From positions 124,001 to 170,727 of the forward strand of contig JAYWIR010000108.1 of the NCBI GenBank assembly GCA_036172245.1: DNA of 46,727 bases. The letters are read 5' to 3'. This DNA is from Raillietiella orientalis (Eukaryota). The position numbers were made by a program, and so were the translations under genes. Positions 1 through 12,554 of the stretch are shown here, piece after piece; within the stretch, counting starts at the first letter, position 1, and every line of letters begins with the position of its first letter. The notes beneath the pieces were generated by a model. The model saw nothing but the letters and a program-made list of their open reading frames with translations, made no database searches and was not told where the DNA came from.

Positions 1-1310
1 GCCCTTGCGGCTAGCTTATGGATGACGCCATGGTGCGATCCGGCATGGCTTCTCGCCAGAAGAGCGACCGACTGCGAAGGATTGTCCTCGATCCTCGTGG
101 CCTACCTCCGCAGCCTCTCCAACTGTGGTCACGATGTGCGCCAGATGGTCGCCCTGATGAGGGAGAATACCTGGATCTCCTGCATCCCCGCGAACTGCAC
201 TGCCTGGCTTCAGGAGTCAGCTTCCGCGTGGGCTAAGATCAAGGGCACGAGCGAGGCGGAATACAACTGCCTACGACGAGGACCGTACGCTCGACAGCCG
301 CTGCAGGATATCATCAACACGCCCCGGAAGTTTCTGTGGGCTTCTTTCAGCCCCCTTGCCCCCGTTCTGTCCTCCCTGAAAAACAGTAGGAACAGCAACG
401 AGCTGGCATCGTGGGAAGTGTCCTGCCTCATCCGAGGCAGGAAGAAACCTTTAAAGGCGTGGACGACTCGGGAGCTCACAAACGCTGCCACCCCGAGCGT
501 CCCGCCTCACGGACTTGCGCGCTGGGGAGAGCTGCTCGCAATACCTCCGGAGGAGGTGAAGTGGCCCCCAGCGTGTTGTGATTGCAACACACTTCCGTTG
601 AAGTGGCAGGAGACGGCGTTGCTATTTCTGCACTGGGGACTGTTAAGCAGAGCACGCCTGTCTCACTGGACACTGGGAAATGTGGATGCCCGCTGTGTGG
701 AGTGCGGAGAAAGAGAAACCTTCCCGCATCTCACCCTCGAGTGTGTCGCCCTGGATGGACTCTCGAGTCGAATCGCCCCAATCCTCCATCTTCCAGTAGG
801 CGACCCTCAGGAAATTTACCGTCGCCTCTTTCTGCGTGACGACCTGCGCCCCGCTGCGTCTCTAGCAGTCCTCTGCTGCGTGCGCGGCATTGTGCAAAGG
901 TGGCGCGCCAGATGAAGAGGCTCAAAATGCATGGTCGCCATCCACTGGACAACGATCTCTTTAGAGACGGCGACAAGGTGACGTCTATCTTTCACGATAA
1001 AAACTGAACTTGACTGCATCCTCAACAGGATGCGGAGGACCGACCCAGGCGCCCAGTGATCCCTTCCCTGCTCCCCCCCCTCTCCCCATACAACTGTTTC
1101 CCTCCCCCGTTATCTCTCTTTTTGTTTGTTTTTGTTCTAGTTTTTCCTTTCCATGCGCCTCGGGAATGGACCTAACCGGTCTATGCACCGGCAACAGACA
1201 CGTCAACCAAGGTGGGAAAACCAAGTGTTTCCCACAATTAACTTTTGAAAGACTTTATTATCTAATTTTTGTAAAAAAGTAGAATAATAAATGCCCCGGC
1301 ATATCCGGGT
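1..1310 (+). mobile_element. L1/Tx1-like LINE: 3' part of ORF2, 3' UTR and terminus
   Basis: ORF 22-915 carries LPLKWQE..LHWG and the zinc-binding motif CVECGERETFPHLTLEC. T-rich UTR, then AATAAA plus CCCGG hairpin at 1286-1309. Confidence 0.9.
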
Positions 1311-4300
1311 GGCAAACTTCGGCTGCAGCGGAGTATTCCTGGCCAGCGTCATCGAGCAGACAAGCCGCTCCAGACTGCCAAACCTGGCGCTCGGCCCTGG
1401 TCTTATACTCCGCCAGACACCGGACGCCCGGGCATCGTGAAAAGGTACACGCCTGCAGATAGGATCTGCTGTTCGCGATAACCTCCCGGAAGCCGCGTGG
1501 AAGCAGGTGCAAGGGAAACCGGCTGCAGAACTCGCGAACCGATCTTTTCAGATCGTCCCAGTCCTCGAGTTCACAGATGGAGAAGCCCCGGAGGTGTTGG
1601 CGGAGATGCTCCGCCGCCTCCGAGTTGCTAGGCCAGTCGGCCGGCAACCTTCAGACATTCATCGAAGGCCCTTTTCCAGTCGGAAGGATCTCGAACTTTA
1701 GTCTAGGATGATCCGAAATCGCGGACAGCAGGCGTTCTCTCCGACCTACTCGTAAGAGCAGGTTTTCATCGAGGAACGCATGGTCCGGCGAACTCTCCAT
1801 CATGGGCTCACCAGCAAGCAAGTTTTGAACGCGCACGGACGCGCATACCTCGCTCAACAGTTGCTTCTCCCTCAAGCGGCATCTCTCCTCTGTTAGCAGG
1901 TGGACGCTGAAGTCTCGTGCAAGGAGGCTCGCCACGTTAGGGCCGGAGTCAGCGTGCCAGCGGCTGCGCAGGCCACCCAGGAATGCAAGTCGCTGGGCGT
2001 AATGCCGGCCGCCGCTCGGCGAGTAGATGTTCGTTACGACCAGGTCAATCGATTCGGACCACTTGAGGACAAGTTGGCCCACACGACCTTCCTCGTCGAA
2101 GCAAACGTTCCGCATCACCTTCGCCACCCTGCCTCGGACGAGGAACGCGACTCCGCACGTGTGCGCGGAGCCTTGCCGCCAGTGTACCGTCCCGCCCGCG
2201 CGCTCTTCCAGATCCGATGCCTGCCTTACGGAGATGCTATGTATCTCCTGCAGCAGCACCAGATCGAAAGCGCGCAAAGCGTTGGCTACCGTCCGCCTTT
2301 TGTCAGCATCACGTAGCCCATTGACATTCCAACAGGCCACGCTGACGCGACGAGCGGACGCGAGTCCACGCATCACTGCTGCGGACATGACGGCGTGCTC
2401 CTCGCCCCGTCCGGCGAGAAGTCAGCTGGTAGGAGAGCGGATTGGGAAGCGGAATCGCTCCCGTTCGCCGCCACATCGCGCTTAGCTCAGTCCTGGGAGC
2501 CGAGGATCATCGCCTCGGTCTCCGTGCAGGAGCCGGAACCGCCTCCGGCAACAGGCTCGTGCTTTCGCACTTTAGCCCGGCGCGCTACCAGCTTACCACG
2601 GGATGCGCGCTCCATTTGTTTGCACTCGGACTCCACCTCGAAGTCCGAGTGCCTGGCGCGAGACTTGCTTTTTGCCAGTCTCTTTTTGTTTCGGCAGGTG
2701 GATGCTTGCCCTGCCCGCGCGGGGGTCGTCGCAGTCGCCAACGCAGCTTCCGGAGCTTTGGCTTCCGCAGCCGCCTTCTCGCGCGAAGCGACGGAGACAG
2801 AGAACGCAGCCGTAGTGCGTACCTGGGTACGCCCCTTCTTCCGCGTACTTCCCTTTTGCCTCCCACCTACCTTTAGGATGGGGAATATTGAAGGGTCAAC
2901 CTTCTTCTTCCCCTTTGTAAGCGTCCTGGAGACTCGAGTCCAGCCCGCGTCGGGGAAGCCCTCCTGGGAGGCCGACGCCTCCCTCAATTGTTTGGCCGGA
3001 GATGCCGGCCCAGGTTTCGCGCTCGCGGCGGGAGACGGCTCCGTCCCCGTTACACACTGCACCTGCTCGTTAGCCGATGCGGGTGAAACGGCGGTCATTG
3101 TCGTCGTCCCGCGAGGCGCTATTGCAGCCTTCGCTGCTCGTGCCTTCGGCGTGGAAGACGTGATCTCCACCGCCGTAGGAGGAGACTGCCGTTCAGAGGC
3201 ATCTCCGAGGGTACCCGCGCACGGTTTCCCGTGTGCTGCGCTGGACGCGCAAGCGGACCCGGACGGTTCAGCAGCCTTGATAGAGTGCGTACCCGCACTC
3301 TTAGGCTGCTTCGAAGGGGGCGATTTGCCCCCAGGGCGACGTGGCATCTTTCCCGTCTGCGCGGTTGTCTGGGATGGTGGCTTTCCTGAAGCAACCGCGC
3401 CCTTTTTCGCGGGACCGCCACTCGAAGATGCCCCGCCCTTCGCGTTCGATTTCTCCCGTGGCACAACGGAGGATCTTTTTGGCGCGGACGGGGTAGATTG
3501 TTAGCGGCTTTTCGCCTGCCGCTACCTCTCCAGCTCGGCGCACGCTTTGATGGAGTGGCCGAGCTGTTTACAATAGCGGCAGTTGCGTGAAGGGCACGTC
3601 CACGGACGGTGGCCCTCTGCACCGCAAATGCCGCAAGCCGGTCGCTGACCGGAAAATTTAAGGTAGACGATCGCATCGCCCACCTGCAAGTGCGGAGGCA
3701 TTTGCCTCCTATCCGCCATGGTGACACGCGCCATGGCATGTCCGCTGTGGAGAGATGCAATCCTTTTAATCGGATTCTCTGCTCCCCACAGCGCGTGCAC
3801 CGTGGCGAATGCACTTAGTGCAGCGACGAGCACGCGATCGTGCGTGTCCACCTGGACGGCGGATAATCGGACCACGAACGACTGGTCCATGGCTGACGGG
3901 ACGACCTCCTTACCGCGAATATTTAGCGGGTTGCGGAGAAAGCGCTGGACTAGGAATGCGTCTTCTCGTTGCACCTCCCATTGTCCGAACGCGTTAACCG
4001 GCATGACGGCCATAAGGTCGTCCTGTCGGACCCCGACGCGCAAAAGATCGTCCCACAAATTCTCTCCGACCCCGTCGGAGATAGAAGCACTCACCCGATA
4101 GCAGAGCGCAGGCTTGTAGCCATGGGCTGCATATGCCTGCAGCTCTGCTCCGTCGGGCGGTGCTCCGTTGGCTGCCGCCGCCCTGAGGACGGCGGCGAAG
4201 CTTCTCGCCGGTGGCGAGAAACAAGAATCAGAGGCGGACCGGACATCTGGAGTAGAGTATCAACTGCCAGTAGCAGCTTGCACATACATCTTTTGCTGCA

Positions 4301-4389
4301 GGGGCTCCGTGGACATCCCAGTGACGCACTAGGGCACACCACACACAAGAAGACGGAAAGGAATCACGCTCGAGGAGCAACACAGAACA
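1311..4389 (-). mobile_element. L1/Tx1-like LINE: 5' part (ORF1 + AP endonuclease), 3'-truncated
   Basis: ORF1 3522-4094 has CGICGAEGHRPWTC and CRYCKQLGHSIKAC knuckles; K/A-rich tail 2487-3464. Endonuclease 1651-2388 has WNVNGL, LLQE, NIYSP and SDH. Broken by stops and frameshifts. Confidence 0.92.
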
Positions 4390-7300
4390 CGTCCGTGCAG
4401 CGTTGTCGTCGAGCGTATTCCCGACCGCTGCGAAGAAGAACTCGCCGCTAGCGACGACAGCCCCTCTGTTGACTCTGTCAACAGCGAGGGGAGCGAGCCG
4501 GAGGCGGCGAACGTCATCGACACCACCATCGATGACATAGCCTTCGCGCGAACCGCGGAGGAGCTGAAAGCCTCGTTGCAACCAGAACCCTCCAAGGCTA
4601 GAAAGAAGGCCGTAAGGCGTCCGCCCTCCCCTCAGGAGTCCACCACTTCCGACCTCGAGGTGGAGGCCGGAAGCGCAGCCTCCGTTTCCACGGTAGGACG
4701 CATGAAGGCTGGACGTAAGTCCACAAAGCCAAGGAAGCTCGTATCCCCCCTCGAAAGAGAAGAGATGGCTTCCGTAAGCGAGGGTGCCATGAGCGTGGAA
4801 AACTCTTGGGACCCGTCGCCCGAGAGACTCCCACGCACGGACACGGAGAGGATGGAAGGGGTGGAGGCCGAAGAGGTGCCTCAGGTGCCTGAGAAGGCCG
4901 AAACCCCCATGGACATCCCGCCCGCCTCGCAAGAGGAGGGCTCCCCCACACCTTAATCTTCCCAGCAGTAATGCCGGGAATCTCCTCCCGCCGTCGACTG
5001 CACATCGCCGTTTCGAACGTGAACGGCATGACAGACGCCAAAAGGAGACGGGACAGGGCCGCACTTCTGGAGTCCTACGACCTTGCGCTGCTGCAGGAGA
5101 TCCACGTGATCTCTGCAGAACAAGCGCAAGAGAAAGAACTGATCTCCGGGAAGCGGCTATGCTACAGGTGTGGGAGAGCGAAAAGTTGCGGTGTCGCCTA
5201 CCTGCTTCGGTTAGCCGTCGAGGCCTCGGCTCAAGGCGTGCGTTTCGACGATCACGGTCGTGTCGGTCAGCTGACTCTCAGGTGGTCCGACTCGATCGAT
5301 TTGATCGTCACAGACGTGTAGACACCGAGCGGCGGGGAACTGATGACCAGGAGGACGAGAAAAGAGTTTTTCCTTGCCCTCCGCCCAGACTGGCTGACCG
5401 AACCAGGCGTGCGGAATTCGCATCTGGTTGCAGGCGATTTCAACGTTCCACTGAAACCAGATGGGCAGAATCCAAAGCGAGACCTGGTCAACGAGGTGTG
5501 CATGGCGGTGCACACCTGTAATTTGTTGGCCAGCGCACCGGTTATGGCAGACAGCATTGACCACGTGTTTCTTGACGAGCACCAGTGCCCTCGCGTGGAC
5601 AGGTGCGGCAAGTTACCGTGCGAGCTGTCCGACCATAGCCAGCTAGTCCTCGAGATCGATACGCGCGACAGGGGCCCTTCCTCGTCAGCGTGACGTCTCC
5701 CAAGGGACAGGCTGAAGCTTCCAGATGCGGCCGAAAATCTCCGAACGTTCATACGGAGCTTCAAGCTGCGGACACTCCAGGATTGGGACCGCTTCAAGCG
5801 GTCGCTTCAGGAGTTCTCCGACCAGTTCCCTTTGCACCGCCTACCAACGGGTTTTGGGACCGCTGTCCGTAAAGAAGGAGCCTACCTGCAGGCCCGTCGT
5901 TACGCCAGGACCCTTGACATCCGCAGACTGGCGGAATTTAAAGCGAGAGCCTAGAGACAAGCGTGGCAGTCCGGGTCGGCCAGCTTACTGGACGATCAGG
6001 GCCAGGAGCATTCAGCACCCGCCCAAATCCGCGGCCTGCTGCGGAGTTACTACCCTTCCCTGTATGCCAGGGCACCTCCGGAGACGAACGTCTCACGACT
6101 CTTACTTCCGGAAGACGCTCCAGCGATCGTGGAGGAGCAGAGAAAGACCCTCGAAGAGCCTTTCACAATGGACGAGATCCTCTCGGCCATCGGAAAGCTC
6201 AAGAGACGCAAGGCTTCAGAGGAGGACGGCCTGCCCGCGGAGTTTTATCAAACTTTCGCGGCTGAGCATAGCCTCCTCGTACAGCAACTCACCTTGCTGA
6301 TACGCGAAACACGTGACGTTCCCGCCTCGTTTCGTCCGGCAAAGGTGCGGCTCCGCCCTAAGGGAGGAGATCTGAAGAGCGTGAACAACTGGCGTCCCAT
6401 CACAATAGTCAATGCGGACGCCAAGCTGCTGGCTAAGGTTTGGGCAGAGCGGTTGGGAAGGGTTGCCAACATGTTCAACAGCCCGGAACAGACATATGCT
6501 GTTCCTGCGCGAAGCATTGAGGCAAACCTGTTCCACGCTTCCACCTGGCTAGAGCTCCAACACGAAAGGAGCTTGGTGCGCATCCGGAATTCCGGTGCGT
6601 GCGCCGGCAATTAATTGGATGGTCAAGTGGGGGAGTGAGCCCTTGCGGTAGCAATCGACTTGCGGAAAGCATTCGATTGCGTCGACCAGAATCTCCTTTT
6701 AAAGCCTCTGCAACGCTTGGGATTTCCAGCCTCATTTGTATCCTATCTCCGCTCCTGGTGGGACGACGCACTCATCAACGTTACGTTCAGCGGGCAGACC
6801 GTGCACGTCGTGCCGGTACAGCGGTGGATCCAGCAGGGAGACAGCCTGAGCCTCTTGCTCTTAAGTACCTACTTTGACTTGGTACTGAAAGCGTAAAGGG
6901 GAACTCTGGCGCACCTGTCGCACGACTGATCCTGTACGCCGGCCGTCTTAGCATACGCGGACGATCTTCTGCTTCTGCTCCCTATGTACACCACGGCTGC
7001 GGCGGTCGAGGAGTTCTTCGACCTGCTGCATCGGGGAACCGGACTTACGGTGAACAGGGCGAAGTCGTCCGTGATGCCAGTTGGTGCTGCGTGGGCAGGG
7101 CGGCAGGACTGGGTCCGTTTGGGGATCCCCACAGTAAGGTACTTTAAGTACCTTGGTGTGCCATTGGGGAAATACTCCCCTGCAGAAGCGTGGTCCTGCT
7201 GCCTCCAAAAAGTAGAGAGAACGATCGGCCCGTTCCGAGGCGGCAGGTTTTTCCTGCTCAACGGGCCGCGGTTTGGAAAACGTTCGCGGCTCCTCTCCTC

Positions 7301-8760
7301 CGCCCCGTGCTTTCTGTTTGCCTTCCACAGAGAGAATTAAAAAGCCGACAAACGACCTTCTCCGTATCGCTTTTTGGGGCAACGGGAAGGCCCGATTCCG
7401 CTTAAAGTACTTGTGCGCGTCTCGTCGGGACGGTGGTCTGGGACTCCTGACGCTGTAGTGGCTGGAGCTTCAGCTCCAGTTCCGAATGTCGGTACTCGTT
7501 CCAGAGTTGTGGTCCACCTGTTGATGCATCCCTGCACGTATCCTTCTCCAGCAAGCCACCGGCAAGACGGGACATACGTCGTTTCTTCCACTCCGTCGCC
7601 GCGGCATCCGATGCGGACTCCAGCTACGGCGAATGGCTGCGCTGTATCGGAAAAACCCAGCATTGCTGACCTGTCGCCCGTTGAACGATAGTGCCTGGTT
7701 GCAGAAAACCGTTCGAACGTGGGGACAGTTCGGCATGCAACGCTCCCAAGAGGAACAAAGGTTCCTGTTTGGGGGTTACAGAAGTTGCACGCTCCGCGAG
7801 TTCCTGAAGGATGCAAAGAAGAGAGCGTGGGCAGGAAGAACCCCCCCTGCTGCTGCGCTGCCCTCCCTGATGGAAGATCTGGACAGCGATGTTGCGGCGA
7901 AGTGGGTGGTTACAGTAACAATCTTCGGAAAGGAGAAGAAGATAGGAGAGTGGAAGTCGGGCCACTTAACAGACGCTGCGTCCCCGAGTACGCCTCTCAA
8001 TGGACTTCTGCGCTGGAACGCGCTGCTCGATGTTCCCATTGAACATCTGAAGTGGCCTCCGGTGCTCATGAACACTTCCGCCCTCCCCTTAAAATGGCGG
8101 GAGTCCGCTCTCCTGTTGCAGCACTGGGGACTCCCCTGCAACGCCCGCAGACACCACTCGACCTGAGGAGCGGTGGACCCCAATTGCGTGAGGTGTGGGG
8201 AACGGGAGTCTTTCCCCCACCTGCTAGTGGATTGTGTTGCCCTTCGGCCCCTTTGGTTTCGCTTTGCCGCGGCCATCGGAATCCCCTGCGGCAACCCCAG
8301 GGACGCACTGAAAGCCCTCTTCATTCCGACATCCTTGGGTTTGCGGCCTCGTTAGCATCTTTGTGCTGCCCACGCGGGATCGTCACCGCTTGGAGCAAGG
8401 CTACGGGAGGACAACGCGACGAGGGTGCCATCCAGCCAGCCTCCCAGTTTTTGAGGAGAACGTCCCGATAGCCGCACCTGGATGCAGAAATACAGGAGAA
8501 GCTTGCCGGTATCCTGCAAAGGATGCAACGGCCCCACCAGCAACTGTGATCCCTTCCCTTACCCTCCCAACCTTTCTTTTCTTTATTGTTTTGTTTTTTT
8601 TTTGCCTTCTTCCCCCTGCTGCCGTGGTGGACCGTACCGGTCTTCGAACCGGTGACCCGGCAGTCTCTGTGTTTCTTCGTGCGTGTCTGGAGGAATGGTC
8701 CAGCCACCGTGCGTCTTTGCAAATGTTTGTTTTGTAATAAACGCCTTGGGGAAATCCGGA
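4390..8760 (+). mobile_element. L1/Tx1-like LINE: ORF1 tail + nearly complete but pseudogenised ORF2 + 3' end
   Basis: Endonuclease from 4971 (NVNGM, LLQE, GDFNV, DHVF, SDH). RT with NWRPITIVNAD, DLRKAFD, IQQGDSLS, YADD, FKYLG. CVRCGERESFPHLLVDC at ~8185. AATAAA at 8736. Many stops and frameshifts. Confidence 0.93.
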
Positions 8761-10318
8761 TGAAAATCGATCTCCAGAAGGCGTTCGAATGTGTAGACCA
8801 GGAACTACTCTTGGAGCTCCTGGGTCGTATGTGCTTCCTACCCTCCCTGATTTTTTGCCTGCGCTCTTGCTGGCGGAATGCGATGATTACCGTCTCTTTC
8901 AGCGGTCACAAGGTGTATGGCGTGTTGGTGCGACGGGGCATAAGGCAGGGAGATAGCCTCAGCCCCCTGCTCTTCAGCACCTACTTTGTGTTGGTGCTGA
9001 GAGCGTACATGGTGAGCTTGGCACCCTTGCCGAGCTCGTGCCCCGGCACGTCCGCCGTAGCAGCGTACGCCGACGATCTTCTGCTCTTGTTGCCAATGTC
9101 CACCCCGGCAAAGGCGGTGGGAGACTTCTTCGATGTGCTCAGTCGCGGGACCGGACTGCAGGTTAACCGGACGAAGTCGTCGGTTGTGCCAATAGGTGCG
9201 GCGTATGCAGGGCAGCAGGACTGGGTCCGTGTAGGGATCCCCGCGGCGAGGTGTTTCAAGTACCTTGGTGTGCCGTTGGGGGATTACTCCCCTGCGGAAA
9301 CGTGGTCCAGCTGCCTCCAAAAAGTCGAGACGGCGATCGGCCCGTTCCTGGAAGGCAAGTTTCACTTGCCGGAACGGGCCGCGGTTTGGAACGCCTTCGC
9401 GGCCCCCATCCTCCGCCCCTTACTTTTTGTTTGCCCCCCCACCGTGGAATCCAAGAAGAGGACGAAGGACCTCCTCCGTATCGCTCTTTGTGGCAAGGGG
9501 AGGTCCCGAGTCCCTCTGAAGGACTTGTGCGCTCCGCGTCGGGACGGCGGTCTTGGCCTCGTGACGCTGGAGCGCGTGGAGAAGCAGCTGCGGTGGCGAA
9601 CCCTTGCCTTCGCACGGAAGATGTGACGCACCCCTTGGTGCAGTCTGGACCGGCTCCTCGGCAGCTGTGTGTCCCGGTGCGATGGACTCGCGTCTTTTCT
9701 TTTGAGCCGTGGCCGGAAGATGCGAAGATGCGGCCTACTGCTCGGGCACATGGCAACATTGGCCAAGGAGAACAGCTGGAAGGTTTGCTGTCCCGTCAAC
9801 TCCCCCGCCTGGCTGGAGGAGAACATCGGAACGTGGGCAGTGGTGAATCAGAAAAGCCACGAAACGTGGAATCGTCTCCGATGCAGCCCCTACGCCCCCT
9901 GTACTCTGAGGAATGTCCTGGAAAATCCAGCTAAAAGCACGTGGGCAGAGACGACCTGCCTAGCTACGGCGCTGCCCTTTCTGAAGAGGGCACTTCACAG
10001 CAGCCGGACGCGAAGGTGGCAAGTCTCCTGCTGCATCGAGGGACGCGAGAAGTTGATCAGGGGCTGGACAACAGGAGAACTGGCCGACGCCACGACCCCG
10101 AGCGCCCAGCCGCGAGGACTAAGAAGATGGGGCGAGCTGCTGGCCATCCCTATGGATGTGCTGAAGTGACTTCCGCTTCTTCAGAAATCCAGGATCCTGC
10201 CAATTAAGTGGAAAGAGTCGGCGCTGCTGTTGTTGCATTGGGGTTTACATTGCAACGCGCGCCGCTTCCACTGCACGAGCGGAGCTGTGGATCCTGCGTG
10301 TGTCAGGTGCGGAGAGCG
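8761..10318 (+). mobile_element. LINE ORF2 fragment (RT core to zinc-binding motif)
   Basis: IDLQKAFE, GIRQGDSLSPLLF, AYADDLL, FKYLG and RRDGGLGL in ORF 8586-9626. Ends at CVRCGER. Confidence 0.92.
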
Positions 10319-10733
10319 GCGAGGACCGTTCGTTCGACAGCCGCTGCAGGATATTATCAACACGCCCCGGAAGTTTCTGTGGGCTTCCGTCAGCCCCCTT
10401 GCCCCCGTTCTGTCCTCCCTGAAAAACAGTAGGAACAGCAACGAGCTGGCATCGTGGGAAGTGTCCTGCCTCATCCGAGGCAGGAAAAATCCTTTAAAGG
10501 CGTGGATGACTCGGGAGCTCACAAACGCTGCCACCCCGAGCGTCCCGCCTCACGGACTTGCGCGCTGGGGAGAGCTGCTCGCAATACCTCCGGAGGAGGT
10601 GAAGTGGCCCCCAGCGTGTTGGGATTGCGGCACACTTCCGTTGAAGTGGCAGGAGACGGCGTTGCTATTTCTGCACTGGGGACTGTTAAGCAGAGCACGC
10701 CTGTCTCACTGGACACTGGGGAATGTGGATGCC
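10319..10733 (+). mobile_element. LINE ORF2 C-terminal fragment, near-identical to 277-690
   Basis: Direct nucleotide match to 277-690 with only scattered substitutions (RQPLQDIINTPRKFLWAS...HWTLGNVDA). Confidence 0.9.
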
Positions 10734-12245
10734 GAGTACCCAGGTGACAACGCCGAATCCCCGATGCAGATGTTGCACAGGGAGCTGTTCGCAGAACTCC
10801 CGGACCGAGTCCTTAAATAGGTCCCAATCCGCGAGACACTGGAGGGTGACGCCTCGCAAGAATTCGCGAAGATGTTCTTTCGCTCCTGACAGGCGCGTGC
10901 AGTACCCTAGCATACGCCAATCCCTGGATAGCGGTCCCTAGTTGCGCGGGCGCATCTCGAATGAAAACCAGGAATGTACAAACAGCGTCGATCAAAGTGT
11001 CCCTCGTTTTTCGACCCGTGTGCACAACTCTTCGTCGAGGAGGACGTGGTCCACGCTGCTGACCATCCCGCTTATTTCTGTCATCAAGTTGCGCGCGCGC
11101 ATGGCGGCGCACAACTCGTTGAACGCGTATCCCTGTGCTCGGTGCTGATCTGCGAGCAGACGGACGTTGAAATCCCCTGCTATCAGATGCGCCTTTCGCA
11201 CGTCCGCGTTCACCAGCCATTCGCGCTCCAAGGTTTCCAGTAACCCGTTGCGCTGCTGGTATCCCTGTTTACCGCTAGAAGAGTACACATTGGTGACGAT
11301 GAGGTCGATCGAATCGGACCATCTGAGAATCAGTTAACCAATCCGTCCGTCGTCCCCAAAGCGCACGCACTTCACGGCTGCGTTGATGGCTGGCTTTAGG
11401 AAGAACGCGATTCCACAAGTGTTGCGGGCGCCGCATCGCCAGTACAACCGCCCTCCCGCGATCGTTTCGATCTCCTGAGCGTCTTTTGCGGTGATCACTT
11501 GGATCTCCTGCAAAAGCACCAGGTCGAAATCTCGCATGGTGGCGGCTGTATCTCGTCTGTTTCCGTCGTCGCGCAGCCCGTTAAAATTCCAACTGGCCGC
11601 GTGGATCCGAAGGCGACAGGCAAGTCCAGGTGTTATTCCTGGGATCCTGGCGGAGGTGCTCCCGCCACCGTTTGGGGCGGGTCGCTGGACGGGTTTGGCG
11701 TCTCGCCCACCAACTCCCCATCCTTCTTACGTACCGACGTCTCCAGCGGCCCGTGCGAAGGGGGTGTTGTTCCTACCTGTTGGCCCACATCCATTGGTGC
11801 GGGTGGTTCAGGTTCGGCGGTTTCAGAGGGCATTGCTAACCCCTATTTACCCTCCTCCATTGAAGTCGCCTCCTCGTCGGCTTCCGCACGTGGGTGATGC
11901 CCGACTTGGGCACTCACGCTGCCATCCACTGGTTCCTCCACCATTGGATCCCCCTCGCGGGGAGGCGGAATGCTCCTTCGGGGTTTCTGGGATTTTCGCC
12001 TCGCTTACCTTGGTGGTGCATCCGCAGAGGAGGATACACTTCCGGCCTCCCGGTCCGACTCACCTGCGAGGGCCACTGTAGCCTCTGCCGGCCTTCGTTA
12101 CCCCTTTCGCGAAGGGTTCTCGCGTTCGGCAAGAGTTGCCGCAAGCTCCTCGGCGGCCTTCTCGAAGGCTGCTTCCTTGATTTCGGCGATTTTGTCGTCC
12201 GGCTGCCCCTCTTTGCAAGCAGGAGGTGGGTTTCCGCGCGCAACG
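10734..12245 (-). mobile_element. LINE fragment: ORF1 tail + AP endonuclease
   Basis: DFDLVLLQEI (11334-11537) and HLIAGDFNV..SVDHVLLDEE (10992-11288). Acidic/Pro-rich ORF1 tail upstream. Confidence 0.88.
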
Positions 12246-12550
12246 TTGGAAACTAGCGTCCCATCCCTGTATTGAATGCGGACGAAAAGTTGCTCGCCAA
12301 ACTCTGCGCTGAGCGCCTTGGACGGGTAGCGGATTCCGTGGTCAGTCCGCAACAGGCATACCCTGTTCCCGGACGAACCAATGAGGCCAACCTGTTCCTC
12401 GCCAGCACATTCTGGAAGTTGCAACAACGCGAGGAGCAGCTACGTCGGCAAAGTCCTGAACTCTCCATTGACAGGGGGGAGAGAAGCCAGGAAGAAGATG
12501 CGAAGCATAGAGCCCTTGCGGTCGCAGTAAATTTCCGTAAAGATTTCGAT
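12246..12550 (+). mobile_element. Short LINE RT fragment
   Basis: RPIPVLNADEKLLAK..SPQQAYPVPGR..ALAVAVNFRKDFD. Confidence 0.85.
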
Positions 12551-12554
12551 TTTG

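Noticed and set aside
2395..3504. Long ORFs antisense to element ORFs (e.g. 2395-3504 +, 4228-5064 -, 23106-23885 -)
   Set aside because: Shadow frames of GC-rich, low-complexity retroelement coding sequence.
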